From the IMG/VR virus record IMGVR_UViG_3300032216_002044, positions 1 to 30,522 of that record: a stretch of 30,522 nt of DNA; one strand, given 5' to 3'. Source of the DNA: a virus. Taxonomy: Duplodnaviria; Caudoviricetes. The notes beneath the pieces were generated by a model. The model saw nothing but the letters and a program-made list of their open reading frames with translations, was not told where the DNA came from and ran no database searches. Shown one piece after another: positions 1 to 9,819 of the stretch. Made by a program: the position numbers and the translations under genes. The first letter of the stretch is position 1, and every line of letters starts with the position of its first letter.

Positions 1-826
1 TATTAACGGATGTATTAGATTGTAATACATTTACATAAGCACTACCGGTGACACCTAAAGTTGCGGTGTTGACAGATGTATTGGCCTGAACCACATTCAT
101 GTAAGCAGAGTTGGTAACACCTATGTTTGTTGTATTGACGGAGGTGTTAGCTTGTAATACATTTACATAAGCACTACCGGTAACACCTAAAGTGGCAGTA
201 TTAACCGATACATTAGCCTGAAGTGCATTGGTATTTGAGTTACCAACAACATTTAGGTAACCATTAATCAAAGCATTTCCACCAATCGTACCATTTCCAG
301 TAACAGAAACATTTCTACCTATAGTAGTATCATATGTACTTGTTAAATTACCAGAATTAATGTTATAATTAACAGTTAAATTATTTGAGAAAATAACATT
401 GTTGGTTACATTTAATGTATTAGAAAGATTGGTTGCACCAGTAACATTTAAAACACCACCAATATTTGCTGTGTTAGCAACAGTTAATGCTACACCTGGA
501 CCGGTAATAGTTACAACTCCAACAACATTAGCATTATTAGCAACATATAAACCAGTTCCTACACCACTAGCAATTAAATTTCCGTATTGAACTGTTAGAT
601 TATTATTGAATGTACTGGATGGACCTGTAGAAGTTATTACTCCTTGGAATGCTGCAGCACCAGCAACTTGTATAGCAGTACCAGTTTCATCTAAGTATAG
701 TGTACCTGCCGCTTTATGATATGGGCTAGAATTAAATCCATTGTTTTCATAAACTAAAGCATTTGTTGTGACAACCCAATCACCAAATGTATTACCGGTA
801 CTTAGAAATGAATATGCGTTAGACAT
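1..826 (-). CDS. Tail-fibre-like/virion structural protein, 5' part only (runs off the window edge; absent from ORF track)
   Basis: Hand translation from ATG at 826: MSNAYSFLSTGNTFGDWVVTTNALVYENN...; frame stays open to position 2 (275 codons). N-terminal NTFxxW motif as in T4-like fibre/structural proteins, Gly/Asn/Val/Thr-rich beta-repeat composition. Start overlaps the stop of the 819..1049 ORF. Confidence 0.8.
   Translation of the reverse strand, partial: MSNAYSFLSTGNTFGDWVVTTNALVYENNGFNSSPYHKAAGTLYLDETGTAIQVAGAAAFQGVITSTGPSSTFNNNLTVQYGNLIASGVGTGLYVANNANVVGVVTITGPGVALTVANTANIGGVLNVTGATNLSNTLNVTNNVIFSNNLTVNYNINSGNLTSTYDTTIGRNVSVTGNGTIGGNALINGYLNVVGNSNTNALQANVSVNTATLGVTGSAYVNVLQANTSVNTTNIGVTNSAYMNVVQANTSVNTATLGVTGSAYVNVLQSNTSVN
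2..235 (-). repeat. 66-nt (22-aa) coding tandem repeat, consensus NVLQANTSVNTATLGVTGSAY(V/M)
   Basis: About 3.5 units visible. ttgtaatacatttacataagcactaccggt occurs at 20 and 152 (132 nt = 2 units apart). Confidence 0.85.
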
Positions 827-1049
827 TTGAACCTTTGCTTAATAATTGTGCCATCATAACTTTTAATTCTTGTAAGTCATTTTTGATTTCAGATATCTCT
901 GATTTTACTTTATTTATTTCTTCCTTTTGGGCGTTCATCATACGAACCTTATTAAAGTATTCATTTTTTTCTGCCACATTGGTATTAATCAAACCCATAG
1001 AGTTTGTATCTCTAATCATAGAAGTTCCAATCACTTTAACAAATGACAT
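819..1049 (-). CDS. Small coiled-coil protein typically found after the large DUF4815-type structural gene in T4-like phages
   Basis: 76 aa, KVxGxxxxRDxNxxxxIN N-terminus followed by a heptad-rich C-terminus (EINKVKSEISEIKNDLQELKVMM); AGGA upstream; tightly packed in the operon. Confidence 0.75.
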   Translation of the reverse strand: MSFVKVIGTSMIRDTNSMGLINTNVAEKNEYFNKVRMMNAQKEEINKVKSEISEIKNDLQELKVMMAQLLSKGSNV

Positions 1050-1050
1050 A

Positions 1051-4000
1051 TTATAATCCTGTACCTGAAGGTAATGCTATAGCACGAATGTCATTTAAGA
1101 ATGGAACATTGGTTCTATCATTAGTTGCCATAACAACCTTAATGGCAAATTGAATGAAACTATTATATGTTTTTCCATTAGTACTTGTGTATGAAATATA
1201 GTTATTTGCTATATTATTAATACCAGGAGCCCATTCATATTCAATTAAATTGGTTCTACTTGTTGAGAATACATTTTGACCTTTAACTTGAGTCATCAAC
1301 TGCCAATTTTGTTGTTCAAATACAGAAGTATCTGCTGAGTTTAGTATCTTATAATAAACATAAATCTCAGCACCATTTGGTTTGTAAGCAGTATAATAAA
1401 CACGTAAGTCACCAGCATCATTGCCAGGTACCATCACAACTTTCTTAGTGAAGTACTTAGAATATCCGTTACCACCAAGAGCCGAAGTTTCACCACTAAC
1501 ACTAATTGCAACATTAGAATTATAAAAGTTGTAATTTGTTATAGCAGATGCTGCATTTGCTGTTAATACTAAACTTGTATCACTTGTAATAGATTGTATT
1601 GTACCAAGAATAACATTAGTATTTGTAGTAAGAGCTGAACCTACTGTTAAGTTAGCAGTAAATGCTGTGCCTGTACCTGTAACCACATTACTTGTAGTTG
1701 TTGATGTGAGTGTTCCAATTGCATTTCTTGATGCGTTATCTACAACAGTAATTGTTGGATTGACCAAATAACCAGAACCAGGATAGGTAACAATAATTCT
1801 ACTAATACCATTACTACTATTAAGAGTAGGTGTAGCAAATACTGGTATATTAGATGAACCTAAATCGTTTGTTGAACTAGAGTTTGTTAATCCTGAAGTA
1901 ATCTTAACAGACAATGTGTTTGCATTATAAGATGCACCTGGATTGGTAACTTGAATAATATGGCCATCAACACCCATATTATTAATATAATATAAAACAT
2001 TATACAACGATACACCATCATCACAAATGATAGGACTTACGTTAGCATTAAGTGAAGATAAAGTAGCATTTAATTGGAAAGAATTATTACTATTCTTTAA
2101 CAATACTCTTTCACCATTTCCATCATTTAAATAAATGTGGTCAGCTAACGGTGCACCATACTTACCAGGATTAACTGTTACTTCTCCTGTTTTTGTTTGG
2201 TCACTTGCCTTAGTTGTAATGTAACCATAATTAATACTTGTATTTCCAGAAGGAATTAAATCAGTAGTTGTTACGTTTAGTGCATGTACTCTTGTATTCA
2301 ATGAGAAATATGATTGTACGTTATTAATAGAATCAGCAATAATATTATTTTTATAACTATGCATAATATCATTTTTTGATAATTTTCTATTAGGTAATTT
2401 GTATGGAGTTACAAAAGGAATTTTTACTCCAGATTTCGTAATATCAAATACACATTTATCTAAAACAAACATCAATGATTTAGTTGGATCCGCCACCCAA
2501 GTACCACCATTTTGTGATTCAAATAAAGAACCAACATTAGGTGCTTGACCTATTTTTTGGAAAGTTGTTGATGTTGAAGTTGGATTAATATTCTTATTCT
2601 GTTCAGCTAAGTACAAATTATAATCAGCAGAACTAGATTCAACAGTAAAGGCATATAAAACACCTGGTTGAATATAAACAGGAGCATCAAAAGTAAATGT
2701 TGTGCCTGTGCTTGCGTCTGTATAATAAGGTTTAGATGATGTGGTTATTTGTTTAGCATCTAACTTTTTGGTAGAGTATGCTAATTTTTGACCATTAGGA
2801 TAACCATTTAATGTACCAACAATAGATACGGTAACTGGTACTGTAGGAGTTGTAGATGCAAATGGTGCAAAGAACAATCTTAATGAACTCAAGAATATAC
2901 CATCAGGATAAGCTTGTTTATCGATACTAAATGATTGAGCTATTGGGTCAATATTTGGTTGTGAAGTTACGATATTATAACCTGCTTTACCTGTTTGAGT
3001 AAATGTTTTTACTGAAGAATCTACTGAAGGTGAATAGTTAGAATTTTGTGCTAAAGTCTGTAAACCTGTGGCATAGAATGTTGCCTCAGCATATGTTGTT
3101 GCTGTTGTTGGGTCTGTTGAAGAAGCACCACCAACTCGGTTATCAACACGGAATATTCTTTGGCCAGTAAAGAATTCTGAACCAGGAATATTGAATATAG
3201 CAACAAAGTTACCATTAGAATCTGTTGACAACGCAGGAATACCTGAACCAGCATGTATTGCATCAGCAAAACTGTTCTGAGTGCCTGTAATATTATAGGT
3301 TGAATTCAATGAACCATATTGATTACTATTACCCATAGATACAGCTACAGTTTGACCTGAAGTAAATGTAGCGGTTCTTGTGCTACCAACATAAGAAGCA
3401 ATCGTTGCTGTGTTCCATCCTGTAGAAGATAATATAAGTTTTGATTGTTTTTGTGCCAATTGGTCAGCAGCAACATCAGAATTATATTGATTAATCTGAG
3501 ATAACCATGCATTGTATCTACCAGAATCGCCGTCACCACTAAATGGTGCTGGTGGAGGATAATAGATTGCGCCGTAGTTGTATGCGTATGTGTAAGTATA
3601 TTTTACGGAAATAGTACAACCATTATAGAAACCATCTGAAGATGAAGCAGTTTTATCTAATTGAATAGATGATGCACCGGTGTATAAGTATCCGCCATCA
3701 GGTAAAATATTAGAAGTACTGCCTGTCCAAGTTAAGTTTGGTGGAGTTAGTGTGTTCCAAACAATATTACCAGATGGGTCAACAATAGTTAAACCTACTG
3801 CTGGATTTTGGTAGTTGGTATTACTATTCGTTAAACTCCAAGAAACATTACAACTTTGTCCTGCAGTTAAAGTAACGGTTGATGTAGAAGTTGTAGTACT
3901 GGATAATGAAGGACTAAATGTTAAAGCATTATTATTAACTGAAATAGTACCAGCAACACCATCACCTATAGAAGCTTGAACTGTATATGTACCTGCTGTT

Positions 4001-7000
4001 GTAGCTGTAAATGGGAATTTAGTTGCATAAGATGAACCATCATTTTGGTCACCCCATACACCATACAAGTTCAAGAAATTACACCAAGATGAAATTTGTT
4101 GTGATTTAAATATGTTTGTTGCTGTTAGTTGTGTTGATGATGTGAAAGAACCACCTACGTGAGCAACTGTTCCAGAAGTATGAATCTTTATTGGTGAACT
4201 ATTCGTAAATGTTATAGTACCATTTGCAGAAGTACCAGCATAACTTCCATCACTATTAAAATAAGCATTCTGTAATACAGTTGTTGCAACATAATTTGGT
4301 ACATTAAGTAGAGTTGCAACACCTATCGTGGCTGTTGTTCCAGTTTGTTGAACTGAAATAACCCTAGCAACAGGATAGAAAGTAGATGAATTGTATAAGA
4401 ATCCAACGATATCATCTTGTTGGAAAGTTCCGTTAACACCAGTTAAGTTGATGTAATTTGGTGTTGTAATCCAGTTATCAATGTTCTTACCATCAAACCA
4501 GCAATGAATTGGAGTGTTAACTAATAAACCTCCTGCTCTAACAACAACTTCTTGTGGTCTAATATATGGTTGTACTGCTGTATTTGTAATGTAACCATTA
4601 ATATTTGTTAAACCATCAGCAACAGCAGTAGATGTTTCTGCTGTATTCAAAGCTTGTAATTGATTTACATATGACTGTGTTGTAGTATTAATAAAACTAG
4701 CAGCACTAACAACACCAGTAGCTCCAGTAATTTGTACACCAGATGATGTAGAGTTTACGTTATTTGGATTTGTTGTACCTGATTGTGTTGAACTTGATGA
4801 AACAGTAGAAGTTGTTCCAATGAGTGACTGTACATCTCCAGCATTTATTAAATTAACACCGTATGCTAATTGATTAAACTGCAAATTTGGATTGGTTACT
4901 AGAATTGAAGGAGGTTCAATCCAGTTAACCCAATTGTCCATCGGAGGATTTAATGTTGCAATACCAGATTGTACAACCACGTTAAATGGATTAACACTTA
5001 TAGTACCACTAGCAAGAGGTTGTATTATAACATTGGCTGTTGTATAAGGTAAAGTAAATATGTTTGTATTAGTACCTTGAATAGAATTAATTGCATACGT
5101 TCCAGGATTGGTAATTGTACCATAACCAGCTAACACTACTGGATTTTGTAATTGGAAGTTATCAATATGTTCTAAAGGTCCTAAGTGATTCTTTCTAATA
5201 TTAATCTTAGCAGCAAAGTTTGGATTTGATGTATCAGTAGCACCAAAAGAACTAAAGTCATCAACTAAGATACCATAATTAGGACGTGTAATACCATTGT
5301 TATCAGGAACTTGTGTAGATGCTGCCAAAGTTTCTAATTGATTGAGAGTTGTATAATACTCTAAGATATTAACTTGTGTTTGCAAATCAGTAATATCAGA
5401 TTTAGCCCAACGCTTATGAATAACTTTATCAATAGATAAGTTTGAAGCAATACCATCTGGATTTTCTCCAGGAATATATGCTGTGTATGGGTCTAAAGTT
5501 AAGTTTGCTAAGAGTAATGAACCATTTGGTTCAGTAGGAGGAACAGGATTTCTTGCCGGTGTTCCTTCAATAATTAAGAACTCACTATTTTTGGTCAATA
5601 CTAATTTATCTTTTCTTCCCAAATAATAACTATAAGCATTTTGATAGTTTGTAAAATTATTAGGGAATAGTATACCACCAGAACCTGAGATTGAGGAATA
5701 ATAATCCCAAGTATATGATGTGGTTGCTGTAGCATTTTTTCTTGTTGGTCTAAAATCAACACAATCTCTTAAAGCATATGTTTTACCATTCTTTGCTGTG
5801 TAGAAAGGTATTTGTGCATAAGATTCATTTGTGTATGAATTAACATCAAAGAAACCATCACCACCTCCATGTGAATAATAATCAAAACAAACTAATATAT
5901 TACCTGCAGGAGAACCTACACCAGGTAATAATTTAATAGAAGCAAAATCATAGTAACTATCTTTTTGACCATTATCAAATGTAAATGAAGCTGTAACATC
6001 CGTATAATTAGCTAAAGAAGTTCCACCAGTAATTGGTGTTGTTGTTCCTGTATCCCATATTTTTGTAATTCTTTTAACATCAGACACATAAAGTGGTATA
6101 TTACCATTGGTGATGTTTGATTTATTGATATACACTTGACCAATAGAGGTATCAATGGTCACACCAGAAACTCCGGTGATGGCAGCCAATGAAGAACTGG
6201 CGTAAGTGGTATTACCTGTAACTAATGTTTTTGTTTTTAGTAGTGATGATGTATCAGGATTACTAGGTACAACATAAACAGAAGCAATCACATCAACAAC
6301 TGCAGAACCTGCACCAACTTGTGAAGTGTATGTTGGTGAATAAAAATCTACTGAATATAAACCAGAATTATTTATAGAAACGTTTGCTGTATTTCCTGAA
6401 ACACTAAAATCAAGAATTTGACCTGTTGCTGTATTGATTAAAGTGTAGTATTGTTTTAGTTGTGAACCATAAAACGGTGTACCTAAAGGACCTTGGAACT
6501 GAATACCTACTGGAGCAGTGATAGTCAACTTATTTGTACTACCATTAAATGCGTAACCACGATATATCTGTGATGAATAATAAGTTGAATCTACAATAGA
6601 TGTACCTACAACATTGGCAACATAAGGATAACCAACAGGGAAAATCATTTCTGGTGTGCCAGAACTTTGTAATATAGTATCACCTGTATAAACACCAGAT
6701 TGTTTACCTGAAGCAGTATTAATATTTGCGTTAGCGGTTAAATTATATGATGTTGCTTTGACTAAAGATTCAACTTGACCAGATGAGAATGTTAAAGTAA
6801 ATTGACTTGTAGCATCTGGTGTTATAGTCCAGTTTTGATTAACGTTGGCTGTTTTTGTTGTACCATTGTAACCAGTAATTAATCTGGAATCACCTGCATT
6901 TGTTCCTGAAGTAATTGTGATTGTTGCACCATAGTAAGCATTTGCTGTAGCTGATGCTGAATATTTACTTGTCGTATCATAGAATGTAATTGTATTTATT

Positions 7001-8388
7001 GTAGCACTTGCTGCGTTACCTGTAATTGGATTAATAACAATATCAGTAACATAAGCATTGAATACATATGAACTAGATGTTGAACCAGAAGTAATGTATT
7101 GTAGACCTCTAATGAAAGCAGTACCAATTAATGTTTGATTATAAGATGTAGCACTACCTTGAGTAATGTTGGCTGCTGCCACACAATGTAAATCAATTTG
7201 AGGCATTGTAGTATAATCAAAAATGCCTGATAAAGTATCTACAACAAAATAATTTCCATAAGCAATTGCAACTTGATTGTTACCATAAGGTACAGTTGCA
7301 TATGTTCTTGCTCTGTCTGTTGTAATAACTTGTGTTGATTGGTTTTCTACACGATAACCATGAACATAAGCAACACCTTTACCAATACTTAAATTGTATT
7401 TGCTAGAATCGGAAGCATTAGGTGAAGGAGTTATTGTGAAATCATTAACAACATAGTCACCATTGGTTTCATAATCTCTCTTGGCAAAGTAATCATCAAT
7501 GGCTGAATAAACTGTTTCGTTTACTTGTTTAATAATATTACCATTTTGAATTCTAACTAACTCAATGAATGTACTATCATCTCCAGAATTTAATGGTAGA
7601 GTAACTAATTCTAATTGAATTACATAACGGTCAGCACCAGGTGCCTGATAGTTTGAAGCACCAACGGCTTGGTCTAATAAAGTGGTATCGTTTACATAAT
7701 CATAAATTGTTTCATTGATTAATAAACCAACACGGTAACTAGGTGAATTACTATATTTGTCTAAGATAGCAGTCTGAGCATTTACGTTGACAAAATTACC
7801 AATTGAATATCTTGTACCTGTAGATGCTGATACAGAATAACCATTAACAATATAAAAAACACCATCAGAAATAGAAGCTACAGAAGATAAACCGGTACAT
7901 GTTGTTCCGCCTGTTGAACCAATAGTTGTTCCTAATATTTGATTTTGTGTATCAACACCGTAAATATTTGTAGCATCACCGAAATGTGGTCCTGTAAGAT
8001 AAGTAACAATTAATGTTGGAGGATCACCAGCAGTATCGGCAGTTGATGTTGTTTCTGCTGTCTGTATTACTTTGGCTAAAATTGTTCCTGTAGCATTTGT
8101 GATTGTTTTACCTAAAAAACTTGATGCTTGAACAGCAGCACCATTATTTGTATTGTTTAACTTAATGTAATAACAATTTAAATTGGTAGTTATATTACCA
8201 CCAGTTACAGGAGTATTTTGTGAAAAAATATTAGCAGCAAACTTTGAAATTTGGTCCTGTAATATTGTTTGAGATTGTGTTAATTCCCGAGCTTGTACGG
8301 CATAACCAGGTTTAAATAAAATTCGATGAAAGTTTTTTGAAGGATCAAAGTCATCGTAATATGGGTCAACGTTAAAATTTAAAGCCAT
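1051..8388 (-). CDS. Large virion structural protein, DUF4815/VrlC-like (baseplate/fibre-attachment region)
   Basis: 2445 aa. Signature N-terminus NFNVDPYYDDFD...FHRILFKPGYAVQARELTQSQTILQ, internal GILVDDFS and DPIAQSF motifs, C-terminal FAIKVVM...VPFLNDIRAIAL. AAGGA SD; directly downstream of gp8. Confidence 0.85.
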   Translation of the reverse strand: MALNFNVDPYYDDFDPSKNFHRILFKPGYAVQARELTQSQTILQDQISKFAANIFSQNTPVTGGNITTNLNCYYIKLNNTNNGAAVQASSFLGKTITNATGTILAKVIQTAETTSTADTAGDPPTLIVTYLTGPHFGDATNIYGVDTQNQILGTTIGSTGGTTCTGLSSVASISDGVFYIVNGYSVSASTGTRYSIGNFVNVNAQTAILDKYSNSPSYRVGLLINETIYDYVNDTTLLDQAVGASNYQAPGADRYVIQLELVTLPLNSGDDSTFIELVRIQNGNIIKQVNETVYSAIDDYFAKRDYETNGDYVVNDFTITPSPNASDSSKYNLSIGKGVAYVHGYRVENQSTQVITTDRARTYATVPYGNNQVAIAYGNYFVVDTLSGIFDYTTMPQIDLHCVAAANITQGSATSYNQTLIGTAFIRGLQYITSGSTSSSYVFNAYVTDIVINPITGNAASATINTITFYDTTSKYSASATANAYYGATITITSGTNAGDSRLITGYNGTTKTANVNQNWTITPDATSQFTLTFSSGQVESLVKATSYNLTANANINTASGKQSGVYTGDTILQSSGTPEMIFPVGYPYVANVVGTSIVDSTYYSSQIYRGYAFNGSTNKLTITAPVGIQFQGPLGTPFYGSQLKQYYTLINTATGQILDFSVSGNTANVSINNSGLYSVDFYSPTYTSQVGAGSAVVDVIASVYVVPSNPDTSSLLKTKTLVTGNTTYASSSLAAITGVSGVTIDTSIGQVYINKSNITNGNIPLYVSDVKRITKIWDTGTTTPITGGTSLANYTDVTASFTFDNGQKDSYYDFASIKLLPGVGSPAGNILVCFDYYSHGGGDGFFDVNSYTNESYAQIPFYTAKNGKTYALRDCVDFRPTRKNATATTSYTWDYYSSISGSGGILFPNNFTNYQNAYSYYLGRKDKLVLTKNSEFLIIEGTPARNPVPPTEPNGSLLLANLTLDPYTAYIPGENPDGIASNLSIDKVIHKRWAKSDITDLQTQVNILEYYTTLNQLETLAASTQVPDNNGITRPNYGILVDDFSSFGATDTSNPNFAAKINIRKNHLGPLEHIDNFQLQNPVVLAGYGTITNPGTYAINSIQGTNTNIFTLPYTTANVIIQPLASGTISVNPFNVVVQSGIATLNPPMDNWVNWIEPPSILVTNPNLQFNQLAYGVNLINAGDVQSLIGTTSTVSSSSTQSGTTNPNNVNSTSSGVQITGATGVVSAASFINTTTQSYVNQLQALNTAETSTAVADGLTNINGYITNTAVQPYIRPQEVVVRAGGLLVNTPIHCWFDGKNIDNWITTPNYINLTGVNGTFQQDDIVGFLYNSSTFYPVARVISVQQTGTTATIGVATLLNVPNYVATTVLQNAYFNSDGSYAGTSANGTITFTNSSPIKIHTSGTVAHVGGSFTSSTQLTATNIFKSQQISSWCNFLNLYGVWGDQNDGSSYATKFPFTATTAGTYTVQASIGDGVAGTISVNNNALTFSPSLSSTTTSTSTVTLTAGQSCNVSWSLTNSNTNYQNPAVGLTIVDPSGNIVWNTLTPPNLTWTGSTSNILPDGGYLYTGASSIQLDKTASSSDGFYNGCTISVKYTYTYAYNYGAIYYPPPAPFSGDGDSGRYNAWLSQINQYNSDVAADQLAQKQSKLILSSTGWNTATIASYVGSTRTATFTSGQTVAVSMGNSNQYGSLNSTYNITGTQNSFADAIHAGSGIPALSTDSNGNFVAIFNIPGSEFFTGQRIFRVDNRVGGASSTDPTTATTYAEATFYATGLQTLAQNSNYSPSVDSSVKTFTQTGKAGYNIVTSQPNIDPIAQSFSIDKQAYPDGIFLSSLRLFFAPFASTTPTVPVTVSIVGTLNGYPNGQKLAYSTKKLDAKQITTSSKPYYTDASTGTTFTFDAPVYIQPGVLYAFTVESSSADYNLYLAEQNKNINPTSTSTTFQKIGQAPNVGSLFESQNGGTWVADPTKSLMFVLDKCVFDITKSGVKIPFVTPYKLPNRKLSKNDIMHSYKNNIIADSINNVQSYFSLNTRVHALNVTTTDLIPSGNTSINYGYITTKASDQTKTGEVTVNPGKYGAPLADHIYLNDGNGERVLLKNSNNSFQLNATLSSLNANVSPIICDDGVSLYNVLYYINNMGVDGHIIQVTNPGASYNANTLSVKITSGLTNSSSTNDLGSSNIPVFATPTLNSSNGISRIIVTYPGSGYLVNPTITVVDNASRNAIGTLTSTTTSNVVTGTGTAFTANLTVGSALTTNTNVILGTIQSITSDTSLVLTANAASAITNYNFYNSNVAISVSGETSALGGNGYSKYFTKKVVMVPGNDAGDLRVYYTAYKPNGAEIYVYYKILNSADTSVFEQQNWQLMTQVKGQNVFSTSRTNLIEYEWAPGINNIANNYISYTSTNGKTYNSFIQFAIKVVMATNDRTNVPFLNDIRAIALPSGTGL

Positions 8389-8397
8389 TTTATTCCT

Positions 8398-9807
8398 TTA
8401 GTATGAAAGTACAAACTTGAACTGTTCGATTCCATCTGAACTTCTTTGTACACCAGCTCTGTTTTCGATATATGATATGTATCCAGAAAATTTCATAAAT
8501 GTTGGTGGTGATGTATTAAGTAAAACTCTAGAAGCTTTTGAAATACTTCCAATAATTTGTGCATTATTTACTGGAGTTCCACTTATATTTATCACTCGAA
8601 GTAGGTTGGTAGTTGAATTGAAACTTAAAACTGTAGCAGAAAATAACAAATTTCCTTTTGAGTCAAATTGTTGAGCTAACTCATCACTTTGAAATGTGGT
8701 ACCAACACCAGAAGAAATTTGCAAATTAGTTGTTAAATCATAAACTGGATTTGTGGCAAGTGTTGCACCATTAGCAGATGAATCCATAGGATTAATAAGC
8801 AATCCTACTTGACGATAATCAATATCTGTTGGTATATAACCACCTTCATCAGCATTAAATTCAACAGCAAACATAATATGATTGCAACCTAATTCAGAAA
8901 TTGGGTCATATCCGTGACCACCAATAGGAGAAACTGGAGCAATCGCTGTTGCACCTGAACCCATTAAACTATTGGCTGACGTAATCACTACATCAGCATT
9001 TATATAATTTGCACCTGGATTAATAACTGTTATATCTTTTATAACACCACCTACAACTTGTACAGAAGAAACGTTCGCTGTTACTGCTGTACTATTTGCA
9101 CCAACAACCGTCACCGTAATTGGAGAATTAACAACATCATAGCCTGAACCACCACTAGTAACATTAATAACATCAATACTGCCTGTACCAAAAGTGGTTG
9201 TTGCATTTGGTGTGGTATTTCCTACTGGAACTGGCATCCACACAGAATCTAAAAATTTAGTTTTATTACCAATATCTATTGTATATACGTATTTCCATTT
9301 GTAACCATCATTAGGACTTATGAAAACATTATTGGTATTATAAGTTCCAGGTTGTAAAAATGGTTCATCTGTTGAAGCACCAGGTAATCCTGTTAATGGA
9401 TTAATATTATTCCACAAACATTTAAATACTTGGTCGTATCTATTCTTCACATAAAAAGTTTTAATTAATAGACCTGAACTATTTGTGGCAAACATATCGA
9501 CATTATCTTGATAGTAGTCATAGATTGCACCTGATGTCCAATCAATTCTTTGTACCACAGGAGTTATATTACTAGCAGTAATCTTTTTAGCCGCAAACAT
9601 ATTATTAAACACATTTTTAATATATGCTTGGTCTTGAGTTGGTACAGGAGGATTATTATCGTCTGTCCAAGGGTCTACACGGGATAAAAAACAATAAATT
9701 GATTCATTTGGAATACTACTGCCGTTTAAATAAAGTGTTGGTGCGTAGTAATCCTGTTTTAATTGAGTTACTTTTAGACCGTATGTGAGTAGATTTTGAT
9801 TTGCCAT
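8398..9807 (-). CDS. gp8: Baseplate wedge subunit gp8-like
   Basis: RIDWTSGAIYDYY, VFKCLWN, DGYKWKYVYTI, DYRQVGLLINP and C-terminal YIENR...R...EQFKFVL motifs typical of T4-like gp8; order gp6-gp7-gp8. Confidence 0.88.
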   Translation of the reverse strand: MANQNLLTYGLKVTQLKQDYYAPTLYLNGSSIPNESIYCFLSRVDPWTDDNNPPVPTQDQAYIKNVFNNMFAAKKITASNITPVVQRIDWTSGAIYDYYQDNVDMFATNSSGLLIKTFYVKNRYDQVFKCLWNNINPLTGLPGASTDEPFLQPGTYNTNNVFISPNDGYKWKYVYTIDIGNKTKFLDSVWMPVPVGNTTPNATTTFGTGSIDVINVTSGGSGYDVVNSPITVTVVGANSTAVTANVSSVQVVGGVIKDITVINPGANYINADVVITSANSLMGSGATAIAPVSPIGGHGYDPISELGCNHIMFAVEFNADEGGYIPTDIDYRQVGLLINPMDSSANGATLATNPVYDLTTNLQISSGVGTTFQSDELAQQFDSKGNLLFSATVLSFNSTTNLLRVINISGTPVNNAQIIGSISKASRVLLNTSPPTFMKFSGYISYIENRAGVQRSSDGIEQFKFVLSY

Positions 9808-9811
9808 AGTT

Positions 9812-9819
9812 TATTTATT
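9812..9819 (-). promoter_or_regulatory. T4-type late promoter (AATAAATA) upstream of gp8
   Basis: Minus strand reads taATAAATA-aact-ATG; 7/8 match to TATAAATA, located in the gene junction. Confidence 0.6.

Noticed and set aside
1-826. High density of N-x-S/T sequons suggesting virion glycosylation
   Set aside because: Expected from Asn/Thr/Ser-rich beta-solenoid composition, and no glycosyltransferase is present in the window.
1051-8388. Virulence factor interpretation of the VrlC-like protein
   Set aside because: The name is historical; the baseplate context points to a virion structural role.
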